Origin: Gemmatimonadaceae bacterium
GTDB lineage: Bacteria > Gemmatimonadota > Gemmatimonadetes > Gemmatimonadales > Gemmatimonadaceae
Reading direction: 5' to 3'
DNA: 64,000 nt
Assembly (NCBI GenBank): GCA_045803545.1
Contig: JBJMOW010000004.1
Coordinates: 1,088,001-1,152,000, forward strand
The translations under genes were made by a program, and so were the position numbers. Under the pieces are notes generated by a model. The model saw only the letters and a list, made by a program, of their open reading frames with translations, had not been told where the DNA came from and ran no database searches. Shown one piece after another: positions 29,707 through 40,030 of the stretch; within the stretch, counting starts at the first letter, position 1, and every line of letters begins with the position of its first letter.

Positions 29707-30483
29707 ATGATCATGCTGCTCCAGGTCACGACGCAGGCACCTGTTCAGACTGTTCCGGTTCAAACGCAGGTCGTTCACCCCACGTTCACTGATACTCTAG
29801 TCGGGTCATTCCGCGACGCGTTCTCGATGATACTCGGCGCGATTCCACGAATTCTTGGCTTCATTGTCGTCGTTGCGATTGGCTGGTTCGTGTCGACGCT
29901 GCTTGCTCGCGCACTGCTCGGCTTGTTGCGCGCGATCCGTTTCGACGAACTGATGCAGCGATCCGGCATCGCTGACTTCATGAACAAAATGGCGACCGGC
30001 ACCGATTCGGCCGGAATCGTCGCCGCAGTTGTGAAGTGGATCATCCGGGTCGTCGTATTGCTGGTTGCGTTCGACGTGCTCGGCTTGCCGGCTGTGTCAG
30101 ATGTCATGCGCCAGTTGCTGCTGTGGCTGCCGAATCTGGTGGTGGCCGTCTTCGTACTTTTCATTGGCGGCATCGCGGCCCGTGCGATAGCCAATATCGT
30201 GCGCGGGGCGACGGCGGAAGCCGGCTTCGCGAATCCGGAGACGCTGGCAAACGTCGTTCGGACGACGGTGTGGGCGTTCGCGATCGTGGTCGCGATCAAT
30301 CAGCTCGGAATTGCGACCAATCTGATCAACACACTCTTCACCGGTTTCGTCGGTGCTCTCGCGCTAGCCTGTGGTCTCGCGTTCGGTCTCGGTGGCCGCG
30401 ATCTCGCCTCGCGCTCACTCGAGAATTGGTACGATCAAGCACAAGAGGTCAAACCGCGCCGCCGCAATCGAATAGACGAATAG
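29707..30483 (+). CDS. TM_helix repeat membrane protein (MscS-associated / CmpX-like)
   Basis: Repeated P..L.A..V...G TM motif; ALA.GLAFGLGGRDLA. Confidence 0.8.
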   Translation: MIMLLQVTTQAPVQTVPVQTQVVHPTFTDTLVGSFRDAFSMILGAIPRILGFIVVVAIGWFVSTLLARALLGLLRAIRFDELMQRSGIADFMNKMATGTDSAGIVAAVVKWIIRVVVLLVAFDVLGLPAVSDVMRQLLLWLPNLVVAVFVLFIGGIAARAIANIVRGATAEAGFANPETLANVVRTTVWAFAIVVAINQLGIATNLINTLFTGFVGALALACGLAFGLGGRDLASRSLENWYDQAQEVKPRRRNRIDE

Positions 30484-30631
30484 ACCGAGGCCCGAGGACT
30501 AAGTGCATCTATGATTGCTGACTAATTGCTGATCGAGGGCAACCGAGGAGACAAGCACTGAAAGTCCTTGGTTGTCTGCAATCCTCACTTAATCAGCAAT
30601 CATAGATGCCGTTAGTCCTCAGGCCTCGGTC
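30483..30631. repeat. 149-bp palindromic element with 39-bp inverted arms
   Basis: 30483-30521 versus reverse complement of 30593-30631 match at 36/39; inner hairpin aaccgagga/tccttggtt. Confidence 0.85.
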
Positions 30632-30652
30632 AAAAGCTCGAAGCTGCTCAGC

Positions 30653-31030
30653 TCAGCGCTCGAACGCCGTCGGATGCTTCGGTTGATATAGGCCGACATT
30701 CGCGCCACTCGGCAGCGCGAAAGTCGTCACGATTCCCCACGGTGGTTCGACGACGCGCGTGAAGTTCACCTTCTTGCCACGCAGCGATTTCATTGTCGCT
30801 TCGAGATCGTCGCACATCAGGTAAACCGCTGCCCCGGTGACGGCATCTTCAGAGTTCGGTGGGACGGTCGCATCGCCCGGATGAACCGCGATTTCGCCTG
30901 GCGGAAGCGCGAATATCATCCAGCCGCGGCCGACATCTACGGACGAAAGCTCCAGGATGTCCTTCAAAAACGCCCGGTCCGCATCAGCATTGGTGCTGTA
31001 TATCAGGAAATGCGCGCCGAAAATCGCCAT
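30653..31030 (-). CDS. VOC/glyoxalase family protein
   Basis: GAHFLIYS..ADADRAF, GWMIFALPP, YLMCDDL, PWG. Confidence 0.85.
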   Translation of the reverse strand: MAIFGAHFLIYSTNADADRAFLKDILELSSVDVGRGWMIFALPPGEIAVHPGDATVPPNSEDAVTGAAVYLMCDDLEATMKSLRGKKVNFTRVVEPPWGIVTTFALPSGANVGLYQPKHPTAFER

Positions 31031-31050
31031 AGCCGTTCCTCTGATTCGAT

Positions 31051-32301
31051 TCAGGCTCGAATTAAACCGTAATCTCGTGCTCCTTTGCGCAGCAAGTGGT
31101 AGCCCCCGGCAAGCGGAGCGGAGGAGCTGAGAGTTGTGTCCGCATTGGCGCGCTGGCCATTGAGATAAACCCCGCCCTGCTCCAGGAGCCTTCTGGCAGC
31201 GCTCTTCGATGCGGCGAGACCAAGGACAACCAGCGCATCGATTACAGACGATGCCTGAGTCTCCGAGTACGGCACCTCGCGGCTCAGCGCTGTAAGCACC
31301 GGCTCCGAAAGACCCGTTGGCTCTGCCTTCCCAAACAGAACCTTCGATACGTCCTCGGCGACCCGTGCTGCATCGTCGCCGTGCACTCGCGCCGTGACAT
31401 CGCGCGCTAGAGCCTGCTGCGCCAATCGCTTTTCCGGCGCGGTCTCTATCGATCGCTCGAGCGACTCGATCTCATCGTGCGATAGCAGCGTGAACATGCG
31501 CAGGAATTTGCCGGCGTCGCGATCGTCGACGTTGATCCAGTACTGGTAGAACTTGTATGGGGATGTCCGCGATGGATCCAGCCACACCGCGCCGGCTTCC
31601 GTCTTGCCGAATTTCGTTCCGCTCGCCGTCGTCACCAGCGGCAGCGTGAGCGCATGCGCTGTCTTGCCCTCGACGCGGCGAATCAGCTCCATACCGGCGG
31701 TAATGTTACCCCACTGATCACTGCCGCCCATTTGCAGACTCACACCTTCGCGGCGGTTGAGCTCCAGATAATCGTAGGCCTGCAGGAGCATGTAGGAGAA
31801 TTCGGTGAAGGAGATCCCTCCCTCGATTCTCGACTGCACCGACTCCTTCGCCAGCATGTAGTTCACTGTGAAGTGCTTGCCAATATCGCGCATGAACTCG
31901 ACGGTCTTGAGCTGCGTCAGCCACGTTGCGTTATCGCGCATTCGCGCCGCGCGAGGTCCGCTGAAGTCGAGAAAGTGAGAGAGCTGTTTCTCGATGGCGC
32001 GCGCGTTCGCCGCAATCTCATCGAGCGACATCAGTTGCCGCTCGGTACTGCGGCCGCTCGGGTCACCGATCATGCCAGTTCCACCGCCGACCAGCGCGAT
32101 GGGTCTGTGGCCAAAGCGTTGCAAATGCACCAGCCCCATCACTGGCACCAGATTGCCGATGTGGAGACTCGAGGCCGTCGGGTCAAACCCTACATAAGCG
32201 GTCACTTCGCTCGTTGCGAGAGCGTCCGCCAAACCGTCCGTGTGTTGGTAGACCATCCCACGCCAGGACAGTTCGTCCACCAGTGATTTTCCTGCGCTCA
32301 T
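31051..32301 (-). CDS. tyrS: Tyrosine--tRNA ligase
   Basis: YVGFDPTASSLHIGN, GGSDQWGNI, KFGKT, C-terminal S4 domain. Confidence 0.98.
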   Translation of the reverse strand: MSAGKSLVDELSWRGMVYQHTDGLADALATSEVTAYVGFDPTASSLHIGNLVPVMGLVHLQRFGHRPIALVGGGTGMIGDPSGRSTERQLMSLDEIAANARAIEKQLSHFLDFSGPRAARMRDNATWLTQLKTVEFMRDIGKHFTVNYMLAKESVQSRIEGGISFTEFSYMLLQAYDYLELNRREGVSLQMGGSDQWGNITAGMELIRRVEGKTAHALTLPLVTTASGTKFGKTEAGAVWLDPSRTSPYKFYQYWINVDDRDAGKFLRMFTLLSHDEIESLERSIETAPEKRLAQQALARDVTARVHGDDAARVAEDVSKVLFGKAEPTGLSEPVLTALSREVPYSETQASSVIDALVVLGLAASKSAARRLLEQGGVYLNGQRANADTTLSSSAPLAGGYHLLRKGARDYGLIRA

Positions 32302-32370
32302 GCGGGGAAGATAGGGACGCACGACCCACGTGTCACCTTGGGTGTATCACAGTTATCTTTTTCACTCCGC

Positions 32371-34779
32371 ATGGCCGCCGCTTCGACGCCTACTACTACC
32401 ACGACGACCAACAAAACCCCGTTCCATAAGCGCCACCCGACCTTCGTTCGCGTGGTGCTGTTGTCTCTTACTTTCCTGATCGCGGTTGGTGTCGGAGCTC
32501 TCTACGGCACCTGGTCGCTGATCTGTCGCGGCAGTCAGTGCCCGTCGATCGAAATTCTCGCCGAGTACACGCCGCACCAGACATCCAAGCTGTACGCGAT
32601 CGACGGCAGGTTCATCGCCGAGCTTGGACTCGAGAAACGAACGCTGGTCAAGATCGACGAGATCCCGAAACTCGTGCAGGACGCATTTGTCTCGACGGAG
32701 GACAAGCGCTTTTATGAGCACGCCGGGATCGACTGGCATCGCGCCGCCAGCGTGCTGATTCGATCGCCGCTCCATGGTTATTCGCAGGGATTCTCCACTA
32801 TCACCATGCAGCTTGCGCGTAACGTCTTTCCGGAAAAGATCTCGCGCGAGAAGAGTGTGGTTAGAAAGGTCAAGGAAGCCAAGGTCGCTCGCGCAATCGA
32901 AGCCAAGTACGACAAGAAGAAGATACTGGAGTTGTACCTCAATCAAATCGACCTTGGTCACGGCGCTTACGGTGTCGAGACCGCGTCACAGCGCTATTTT
33001 GGAAAATCGGTTCGCGACCTGAACATCGCCGAAGCTGCGACGCTTGCCGCACTGCCGAAGGCGCCGGCGCGCTACAATCCGGTGCGCTTCCCTGAGCGCG
33101 CGATTCAGCGCCGGAATACCGTCATCGAGTTGATGCGTCAGAACGGAAAGATCAGCGACGCCGATGCCAGCCGCGCCAAGGCTTTTCCACTCCAGCTCGC
33201 AAACAAAGTCGCCACCGGTGAGACAGCGCCGTATTTCGTCGAGTGGGTTCGACAGCAGCTCGACGCACAATTCGGCAAGCAGCTTTACGAGCAGGGTCTC
33301 AAGGTCTACACCACGCTCGATCTGGACATGCAAGGCGCTGCCGAGCGCTCAGTCGAGCGTCAGGCGCGCGCGATCGAGGGTGGCCGTTTCGGTCCTTATC
33401 AGCACGAGAGTTACGAGCATTATGTCGCTCACCGCGAGGGTGACGAAGGATCCGGAACGTCACCGTATCTGCAGGGCGCATTTCTCGCGCTCGATCCGCG
33501 TACCGGCGCCGTCCGCGCGATGGTTGGTGGTCGCGACTTCGACGATTCCAAGTTCAATCGCGCAGTACAGGCCAAGCGGCAGCCTGGCTCGACCTTCAAG
33601 CCGATCGTCTACACCGCTGCGATCCAGAACGGCCGTCCGGCGTCGTACATCGTCAACGACAGTCCGTTGGTGCTGCAGGTACCCGGGCAACCGGAGTGGG
33701 CACCGCAGAACTACGATCTGAAATTTCTCGGCGAGATCCCGTTGCGCGAATCGCTTTATCTGTCGCGCAACGTCTCGACCGTTCGACTTGGCATGGAGCT
33801 CGGCGAGCAGACGGTCATAAACGAGGCGCGCAATTTTGGCATCACCACTCCAATTCCGCCGTATCCATCTATCCACATCGGCGCCGCCGAAGTCTATCCG
33901 ATCGAGCTGATCTCGGGCTATACGGCATTCGCCAATCTGGGAGTTCGGGCGACGCCGAACGCGATTCTTCGCGTCGAAAACCAGAAGGGAGAGATTCTCT
34001 GGCAGCCGACGCCGACACGGACCCAGGTGATGTCGCCCGAAGAAGCGTGGATCATGGTCGACATGATGAAGGACGTAATTCGACGTGGATCCGCGGCCGG
34101 AGTCTGGGCTTCTGGCTTCCATTATCCTGCCGGTGGCAAAACCGGAACGACCAACGACGGCACCAACGTCTGGTTCGTCGGCTACACCGCCGACCTCGTG
34201 GCCGGTGTCTGGTTTGGTCTCGATCTCCCGCAGAAAATCAAAGACAACGCGCAAGGCGGTGTGCTCGCCGCACCGGCGTGGACTGCGTTCATGACGGAGA
34301 TCTACCGCCGCAAGCCGATTCCGCCCGACTGGCCCAAGCCAACTTCGATCGTCACGCGCGAGATCGACTTCAGCAGCGGACTGTTGCAGACGCCGTATTG
34401 TCCGCGCAATCTGGTTGGAAGTGAGTTTTACATCTCCGGAACGGAGCCGACGCGCGATTGCGACAAGCACGGACCATATTCACAACAGTTCGGCGTGCCG
34501 CAAATAGACACAGGTCCGTTGCCATTGAACCCGACAGTACCTTCAGGAGGCAACCGGAATCCGGTTAACGTGACGCCGCCTCCACTGCAGCCGGGATACG
34601 AGCCGGTGCCACCGCGCAATCGCACGCCAACGGTATTCGATACGACACACCGCGATAGCGTGGGGCGCCCGACGGTGTTCGATACCACGCGCCGCCGGCC
34701 CACGCGTCGGGATTCAATACCGCGTACTCCGACTGACACCGCGCCACCCCCGGATCGCAGTCCGATCCCAACGCGGTAA
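32371..34779 (+). CDS. Class A penicillin-binding protein (PBP1A family)
   Basis: TM anchor, EDKRFYEH, STITMQLARN, STFK, SRN, KTG motifs; Pro/Thr-rich tail. Confidence 0.95.
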   Translation: MAAASTPTTTTTTNKTPFHKRHPTFVRVVLLSLTFLIAVGVGALYGTWSLICRGSQCPSIEILAEYTPHQTSKLYAIDGRFIAELGLEKRTLVKIDEIPKLVQDAFVSTEDKRFYEHAGIDWHRAASVLIRSPLHGYSQGFSTITMQLARNVFPEKISREKSVVRKVKEAKVARAIEAKYDKKKILELYLNQIDLGHGAYGVETASQRYFGKSVRDLNIAEAATLAALPKAPARYNPVRFPERAIQRRNTVIELMRQNGKISDADASRAKAFPLQLANKVATGETAPYFVEWVRQQLDAQFGKQLYEQGLKVYTTLDLDMQGAAERSVERQARAIEGGRFGPYQHESYEHYVAHREGDEGSGTSPYLQGAFLALDPRTGAVRAMVGGRDFDDSKFNRAVQAKRQPGSTFKPIVYTAAIQNGRPASYIVNDSPLVLQVPGQPEWAPQNYDLKFLGEIPLRESLYLSRNVSTVRLGMELGEQTVINEARNFGITTPIPPYPSIHIGAAEVYPIELISGYTAFANLGVRATPNAILRVENQKGEILWQPTPTRTQVMSPEEAWIMVDMMKDVIRRGSAAGVWASGFHYPAGGKTGTTNDGTNVWFVGYTADLVAGVWFGLDLPQKIKDNAQGGVLAAPAWTAFMTEIYRRKPIPPDWPKPTSIVTREIDFSSGLLQTPYCPRNLVGSEFYISGTEPTRDCDKHGPYSQQFGVPQIDTGPLPLNPTVPSGGNRNPVNVTPPPLQPGYEPVPPRNRTPTVFDTTHRDSVGRPTVFDTTRRRPTRRDSIPRTPTDTAPPPDRSPIPTR

Positions 34780-36128
34780 TGCGCTATCACGCGCGCTGGG
34801 TGCTGCCTATCACCCAGCCGCCAATTGAAAATGGAACCGTCGTCGAGCGAGATGGTCGCATCACTTACGTCGGCCCGCGCGTCGACGCTCCTGCCGGAGA
34901 TGATTACTATCTCGGCGATGCAATCCTGCTGCCTGGGCTCGTAAATACTCACACGCATCTCGAGTTGACCGCGATGCGCGGCTTTCTCGAAGATCTCGAT
35001 TTCGCTGATTGGATCGACAGACTGCGCCAGAGTCGGAACGAGATACTGCAAACGCCGATTCTTCTCGATTCAGCACGCGTGGGAATTCTCGAGGGGCTCG
35101 AGGCCGGTATCACTACCTACGCCGACACCTGCTCCAGTGGCGTCGCGATGCAGGCAATGCGCGAGCTGGGCGTACGCGGCGTGATGTATCAGGAGACCTT
35201 CGGGCCCGATCCGGCGGCATCTGACGCCGCGATTCAGGCACTGGAGTCGTTCCTCGACACGCACGGCTCTCAGCAAACCGACCTCGTAAAGCTGGGCGTC
35301 TCGCCGCACGCTCCATACACGGTGTCCGATTCGCTCTACAAGGCGACGGCCAGACTCGCGCGCGAGCGTGGGCTTCCGCTCGCGATGCACATTGCGGAGA
35401 GCGACGCGGAAGAGGAGCTCGTGGTGCGGGGCGGGGGACCGTTCGCCGATCGCTGGCGCAAACGCGGCATCGAAGTGAGAAAACGCGCGCGCTCACCGAT
35501 CGCACTCCTCGAGAATCAGGACGTGCTTCAGCCCGGATCACTGCTGATTCACTGCGTTCGCGTCGATGACGAGGACATCAAGACAATCGCTCGGCGCGGC
35601 TGCTCAGTTGCGCACTGTCCCGCCTCGAACGCGAAGTTCGGTCACGGCGTTGCGCCGCTGCTACCGATGATTGCAGCCGGAATTTCAGTCGGCATCGGCT
35701 CCGATTCGGTCGCCAGCAACAACCGGATGGATATTCTCGATGAGGCCCGCCTCGCCGTGCTCACCCATCGGGCTGCATCCCGCCGACACGACGCTTTCGG
35801 CGCGCACCAGGCGCTCGCACTCGCAACCATCGGCGGAGCACAGGCATTGGGCATTGACGACAAAGTCGGTTCACTCGAAATGGGGAAGGAGGCCGATCTC
35901 GCTGCTTTCAAGGTCGACATCGCCCGCACCACACCCATCGGCGATCCCTATTCAGCGGCGATCTTCGCGCTTCCCGGTCGCTCCGCCGAGCTGGTGATAG
36001 TGAAAGGCAAGGTTCTGGTTGAGCACGGCCGCGCACGCGCAGCCGACCCGCGTCTCACTGAACGCGTGCAAGTAGCCGGTGCGGCGTTAGCCGAATGGGG
36101 CCCCAAACAAGGCCGTACGCCTGTATGA
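34779..36128 (+). CDS. Amidohydrolase (MtaD/TRZ/ATZ-like deaminase)
   Basis: PGLVNTHTHLE, SPHAPY, MHIAES, HCP.SN.K, GSDS. Confidence 0.88.
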   Translation: MRYHARWVLPITQPPIENGTVVERDGRITYVGPRVDAPAGDDYYLGDAILLPGLVNTHTHLELTAMRGFLEDLDFADWIDRLRQSRNEILQTPILLDSARVGILEGLEAGITTYADTCSSGVAMQAMRELGVRGVMYQETFGPDPAASDAAIQALESFLDTHGSQQTDLVKLGVSPHAPYTVSDSLYKATARLARERGLPLAMHIAESDAEEELVVRGGGPFADRWRKRGIEVRKRARSPIALLENQDVLQPGSLLIHCVRVDDEDIKTIARRGCSVAHCPASNAKFGHGVAPLLPMIAAGISVGIGSDSVASNNRMDILDEARLAVLTHRAASRRHDAFGAHQALALATIGGAQALGIDDKVGSLEMGKEADLAAFKVDIARTTPIGDPYSAAIFALPGRSAELVIVKGKVLVEHGRARAADPRLTERVQVAGAALAEWGPKQGRTPV

Positions 36129-36277
36129 CAACTGCATCCTGAGATCTGAGCATTCTCTGCCAACTCCCACCTTTGGTTGACAGTCTCGAGGCAACGCTCC
36201 GATGCCAGCCGCGGAGAAGTAGCGAACAGCCCTCCCCCCCGGGTATCTTCAACTCTCCTCCTCAAGGATCCAGTTCA

Positions 36278-37276
36278 ATGGCGGTCGACAACCACCACCG
36301 CATCTGGCGCGACGGAAAGTTCGTTGATTGGGAAGACGCGACGATTCACGTCATGAGTCACGTCGTCCACTACGGTTCCAGCGTCTTTGAGGGAATACGC
36401 TGTTACGAGACCCCAAACGGCCCGGCCGTTTTTCGACTTGGCGCGCACATGCGGCGATTCGCTGATTCCTGCCGAATTTACCGCATGCCACTCACCTACT
36501 CGGGCGAAGATCTGTCCAGAGCCGCAGTCGAAACAGTCGCGGAGAATAACCTTCCGCACTGCTACCTGCGGCCCGTTGCTATCAGAACTGGCGAGCAGAT
36601 GGGTGTGCTGCCGCACGACACCCCGCTCGAGGTGTTCATTATCCCATGGACCTGGGGCACCTATCTTGGCGCCGACGCGCTCAAGAACGGCGCCGACGTC
36701 TGCGTCTCGAGCTGGAGACGACCTGCACCGGACACGATTCCTACGCTGGCGAAAGCCGGCGGGAATTACCTCGGCGGGCAGCTATCCAAAATGCAGGCAC
36801 GCGTCGACAACTACGTCGAAGGCATCATGCTCGACTCATTTGGTCATGTGTCAGAGGGCAGCGGCGAGAACCTGTTCCTCGTGCGTGACGGCAAACTATT
36901 TACGTCGACGATTTCATCGGGCATACTGCACGGCGTGACGCGCGATTCGGTGATGCAGATCGCACGTGATATGGGGATCGAGATCGTTGAAGGCTCGATT
37001 CCGCGTGAAATGCTCTACATCGCTGACGAATTGTTCTTCACCGGAACGGCTGCTGAGATTACGCCGATCCGGTCAGTGGACCGTATTCCGGTTGGTCCTG
37101 GCAAGCCAGGTCAGATAACCCTGGCGATCCAGCGCGAGTACATGGGTCTCGCTCAGGGAACGCTGGAAGATCGTTACGGCTGGCTGACCCCAGTGCCCAC
37201 GCGTCAGCCGTCGTCGACCGGCACACGCAAGGTCAGAAGGGAGCCGGTTGGAGATATGTCCGCCTCGGCGTTTTAG
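36278..37276 (+). CDS. ilvE: Branched-chain amino acid aminotransferase
   Basis: HYGSSVFEGIR, AKAGGNY, EGSGENLF, LHGVTR, TGTAAEITP. Confidence 0.95.
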   Translation: MAVDNHHRIWRDGKFVDWEDATIHVMSHVVHYGSSVFEGIRCYETPNGPAVFRLGAHMRRFADSCRIYRMPLTYSGEDLSRAAVETVAENNLPHCYLRPVAIRTGEQMGVLPHDTPLEVFIIPWTWGTYLGADALKNGADVCVSSWRRPAPDTIPTLAKAGGNYLGGQLSKMQARVDNYVEGIMLDSFGHVSEGSGENLFLVRDGKLFTSTISSGILHGVTRDSVMQIARDMGIEIVEGSIPREMLYIADELFFTGTAAEITPIRSVDRIPVGPGKPGQITLAIQREYMGLAQGTLEDRYGWLTPVPTRQPSSTGTRKVRREPVGDMSASAF

Positions 37277-37378
37277 GTAACGCCAACGCCGAGCCGGTCG
37301 TCGGTATATAGACGCCAGACGTAACCTGTTGGTGTAGTACCAGCTGTATATTTTGGTGGGTTTGCCCGGGAGGAGTGC

Positions 37379-37984
37379 TTGATCGTTGGTTGTCTGGCAC
37401 TGAATGCATCGTTTGAGCCGTTGACGATGGTACCGCTTCGCCGCGCTTTGCGGCTCGTCATCGACGGCAAAGCGGAAATCGTCGAAGCGGATTCTGATCG
37501 CGTCGTTCGATCAGAGAAGTTGACCCTGCCGCGTCCCGCCGTGATACGGCTGATGCGCTTCATCCACGTTCCGCGTCGCTTCCGCCGTCAGGTTACCAAC
37601 ACCTTCTTGTTCGCGCGGGATCGTTACCGCTGCCAGTACTGCGGCCGACTCCAGATCGAGCTCAAGCCGCGCGAGTCACTCACGCGCGACCATCTGATCC
37701 CTTTGTCGCGTGGCGGCACCAATGATTGGGGCAACGTGGTCACTGCCTGCAGCCCGTGCAACACTCGAAAGGCTAACAATCTGCCAAACGAGATTGGCAT
37801 GCATCCGTTGCACGCGCCGGTCGAGCCGCACTTCGTCCATCTGAGCTGGGCGGTGCGCCGGCTCACCCCAACTCAGGCGAAGTACATCCGCATTTTCTAC
37901 GGCGAAGAGACGCTACACCACCTCGAAGATCTCGAACACCGACACGCCGCCAACCCACAGCACGGCCACCACAAAGTCGTATAG
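37379..37984 (+). CDS. HNH endonuclease family protein
   Basis: LALNASFEPL, RDRYRCQYCG, TRDHLIPLSRGG, NVVTACSPCN.RK; GGAGGAG RBS. Confidence 0.9.
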   Translation: MIVGCLALNASFEPLTMVPLRRALRLVIDGKAEIVEADSDRVVRSEKLTLPRPAVIRLMRFIHVPRRFRRQVTNTFLFARDRYRCQYCGRLQIELKPRESLTRDHLIPLSRGGTNDWGNVVTACSPCNTRKANNLPNEIGMHPLHAPVEPHFVHLSWAVRRLTPTQAKYIRIFYGEETLHHLEDLEHRHAANPQHGHHKVV

Positions 37985-37985
37985 T

Positions 37986-38666
37986 CTACGGCCTGAACGT
38001 CCCCGTTCTCGCCTCGTAGTGGCGCTTCTCTCCGCCGAGTAGTCGCACAATGAGAGTCCTGACCCCGCGACCGATTGCAGTCCCGGGGTTTTTCTTTCCG
38101 CTGACCGCCGGCTTCAGCTCACCCCTCAACCAACGATTCACCTCGTCGAGATCGCTTAGCGACAGCGTCTCGACATCCAGCAGCAAGTTGTAGTAGCCCC
38201 TCGCTCCCTTCTTGGGCAGTGAGATGTCCACCCGATAAGCGCCCTCGACTGCGTTCTCGGCGTCAGCGGCTTCGACGTACTCACCCAGCGACTGCGGCTT
38301 GTTGTTGATCAGTCGCACAACCTGGTACTTCTTGCCGAGCACGTCGTATTTCATGACGACATCCCACTCGGCGGCTGCTTTCAGATCGTCGAACCATCTT
38401 CCCGATTGCCACCGTTCGAGACGATAGTGCAACCGGGCAGGGAATCCGTTCGCCAGGAGGTCGCGCATCGCCGCATCGGCCAACAGTCCGGACGACGTTA
38501 CTGAGGGTGGCTCGTCTCCCCACGCGCTACCCGGCGGAGGCAGTACCTCGAGACGTGCTTTCTGCGCGACCAGCGGAGATGCGAACGCCAGCAGCGACAG
38601 CGCGAACGCTGCCACTCTCGAACGACTGAAAACAGTTCCGCGACCGTGAACCATCATTCGCCGCAC
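37986..38666 (-). CDS. Exported protein, DUF4390-like
   Basis: Signal peptide; LLANGFPARLHYRLE....RWFD pattern; NtrYX-like operon context. Confidence 0.6.
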   Translation of the reverse strand: MRRMMVHGRGTVFSRSRVAAFALSLLAFASPLVAQKARLEVLPPPGSAWGDEPPSVTSSGLLADAAMRDLLANGFPARLHYRLERWQSGRWFDDLKAAAEWDVVMKYDVLGKKYQVVRLINNKPQSLGEYVEAADAENAVEGAYRVDISLPKKGARGYYNLLLDVETLSLSDLDEVNRWLRGELKPAVSGKKNPGTAIGRGVRTLIVRLLGGEKRHYEARTGTFRP

Positions 38667-40030
38667 TAGAATCGCCGGTGCACTCTGAGAAATACGTTGG
38701 CCGGCTCTTTCGAGCTCGACACTGCTTTCGCGACGTACACGCCGATAATGCCGAGATCGAGTCCGAGCCCGACGTCAGTGCGGAACGTTCCGAAGCGGGG
38801 AAAGCTGTTTGACGAGTATTGCAACGTTCCCGATGGCTGCCCGACCAGCCATCCACGCCCTGCATCGACGAATGCAACGATCGTCGGCTGCACAGTGAAT
38901 CCGATGCCTCGCAGCCGGATCGGGCGCGAGTTCAGAAAATCCAGCAGTGCTGAATGCAGCTCCTGTCGATACTCAAGCTGCGCCAGCGCTACACGCTCGC
39001 ATTGCGCGGGATTTCCGGCAGGAATCGTGACTCCACCGCTGCACTCCGATACGTCAACGGGACCCTCGTATTTCCGGAAATCGAATCCGGGTACGGTCCC
39101 GATTCCCCCAACCGAAAATCTTCGCTGCAGCGGAAGGTCATCTCCGCTCAGCCAACCGCCCAGCACCAGGCGTCCGTTGATCCAGGTTGTCGGTGATAGC
39201 CGGTTATAGCGGCGGAGATCCAACAGGCCGCGGCCGTAGCTCACATGTGGCGTCGTCGGCGTCCGTGCGATTGGCGTCGTCAACCCGAAGTCGGTGATGT
39301 CGCCGATTCCATGCTCATACTCGGCCTGAATCAGCCATCCTGTCGACGGATTGACCTGATCGTTTCTGGTGTCGACATTGGCGCGCAACACGCCGATGTG
39401 AAAGCGACCCGCATCGAGCGTCGGGTTCGGCCGCCACGCTTTGCCGTTGCCAAACACGGAGAATACCCGCCGCGCATCGGGAGACGCCCACCGCTCATCG
39501 CTGAAGTCGATCGACAGGCTGCTGCGCGCGCTCATGTTGAATGACGCGGTGGCCATTGCGCCGTGTCTGTTGTACCAATCGCGGAAATCGCGATGACCGA
39601 AAAAGGCAGCCAGCCCTGCATCGGGGTCGGGGAGATGCCACGGCTCGACCGCTGCCATCACGTCGTAGGAAGACAATCCCAGGCCGTACCCGCGCCCGCG
39701 TCCCACGCGCACGTCGGCCGTAGCTCGATGTCCGAGATTCTGATTGTCCCAATGAAAGGTGTTCGCACTGCGGATGATACCGAGGACTGACGCATTGATC
39801 TGCGCCGCGCCGGCGCTGTCGTGAAACACCGGGCCAAAGAGAACCGGCAGTCCTTCGACCCTGTTGTAAGTCTTGCCGGAGCTGAGTATCAGCCCGCTGC
39901 TACGACTCGTCCTCGCCCACCAGCCGTAGTGTTCGGAGAGCGTGTCGTTCGCGGATGTATCCGGAATTTGCCCAAACGCCGGCCCGGCCAGCATAACCAC
40001 TGCACACATCCCATAGATCCCACGAATCAT
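38666..40030 (-). CDS. Outer membrane beta-barrel protein (BamA/TamA surface-antigen-like barrel, no POTRA evident)
   Basis: Signal peptide, YNRVEG, RFSVGGIGTVPG, FVDAG, C-terminal RRF. Confidence 0.75.
   Translation of the reverse strand: MIRGIYGMCAVVMLAGPAFGQIPDTSANDTLSEHYGWWARTSRSSGLILSSGKTYNRVEGLPVLFGPVFHDSAGAAQINASVLGIIRSANTFHWDNQNLGHRATADVRVGRGRGYGLGLSSYDVMAAVEPWHLPDPDAGLAAFFGHRDFRDWYNRHGAMATASFNMSARSSLSIDFSDERWASPDARRVFSVFGNGKAWRPNPTLDAGRFHIGVLRANVDTRNDQVNPSTGWLIQAEYEHGIGDITDFGLTTPIARTPTTPHVSYGRGLLDLRRYNRLSPTTWINGRLVLGGWLSGDDLPLQRRFSVGGIGTVPGFDFRKYEGPVDVSECSGGVTIPAGNPAQCERVALAQLEYRQELHSALLDFLNSRPIRLRGIGFTVQPTIVAFVDAGRGWLVGQPSGTLQYSSNSFPRFGTFRTDVGLGLDLGIIGVYVAKAVSSSKEPANVFLRVHRRF

Noticed and set aside
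37379..37984. HNH protein as homing endonuclease, IscB or restriction system
   Set aside because: Short stand-alone HNH with no RuvC motifs, intron, methylase, terminal repeats or compositional shift.
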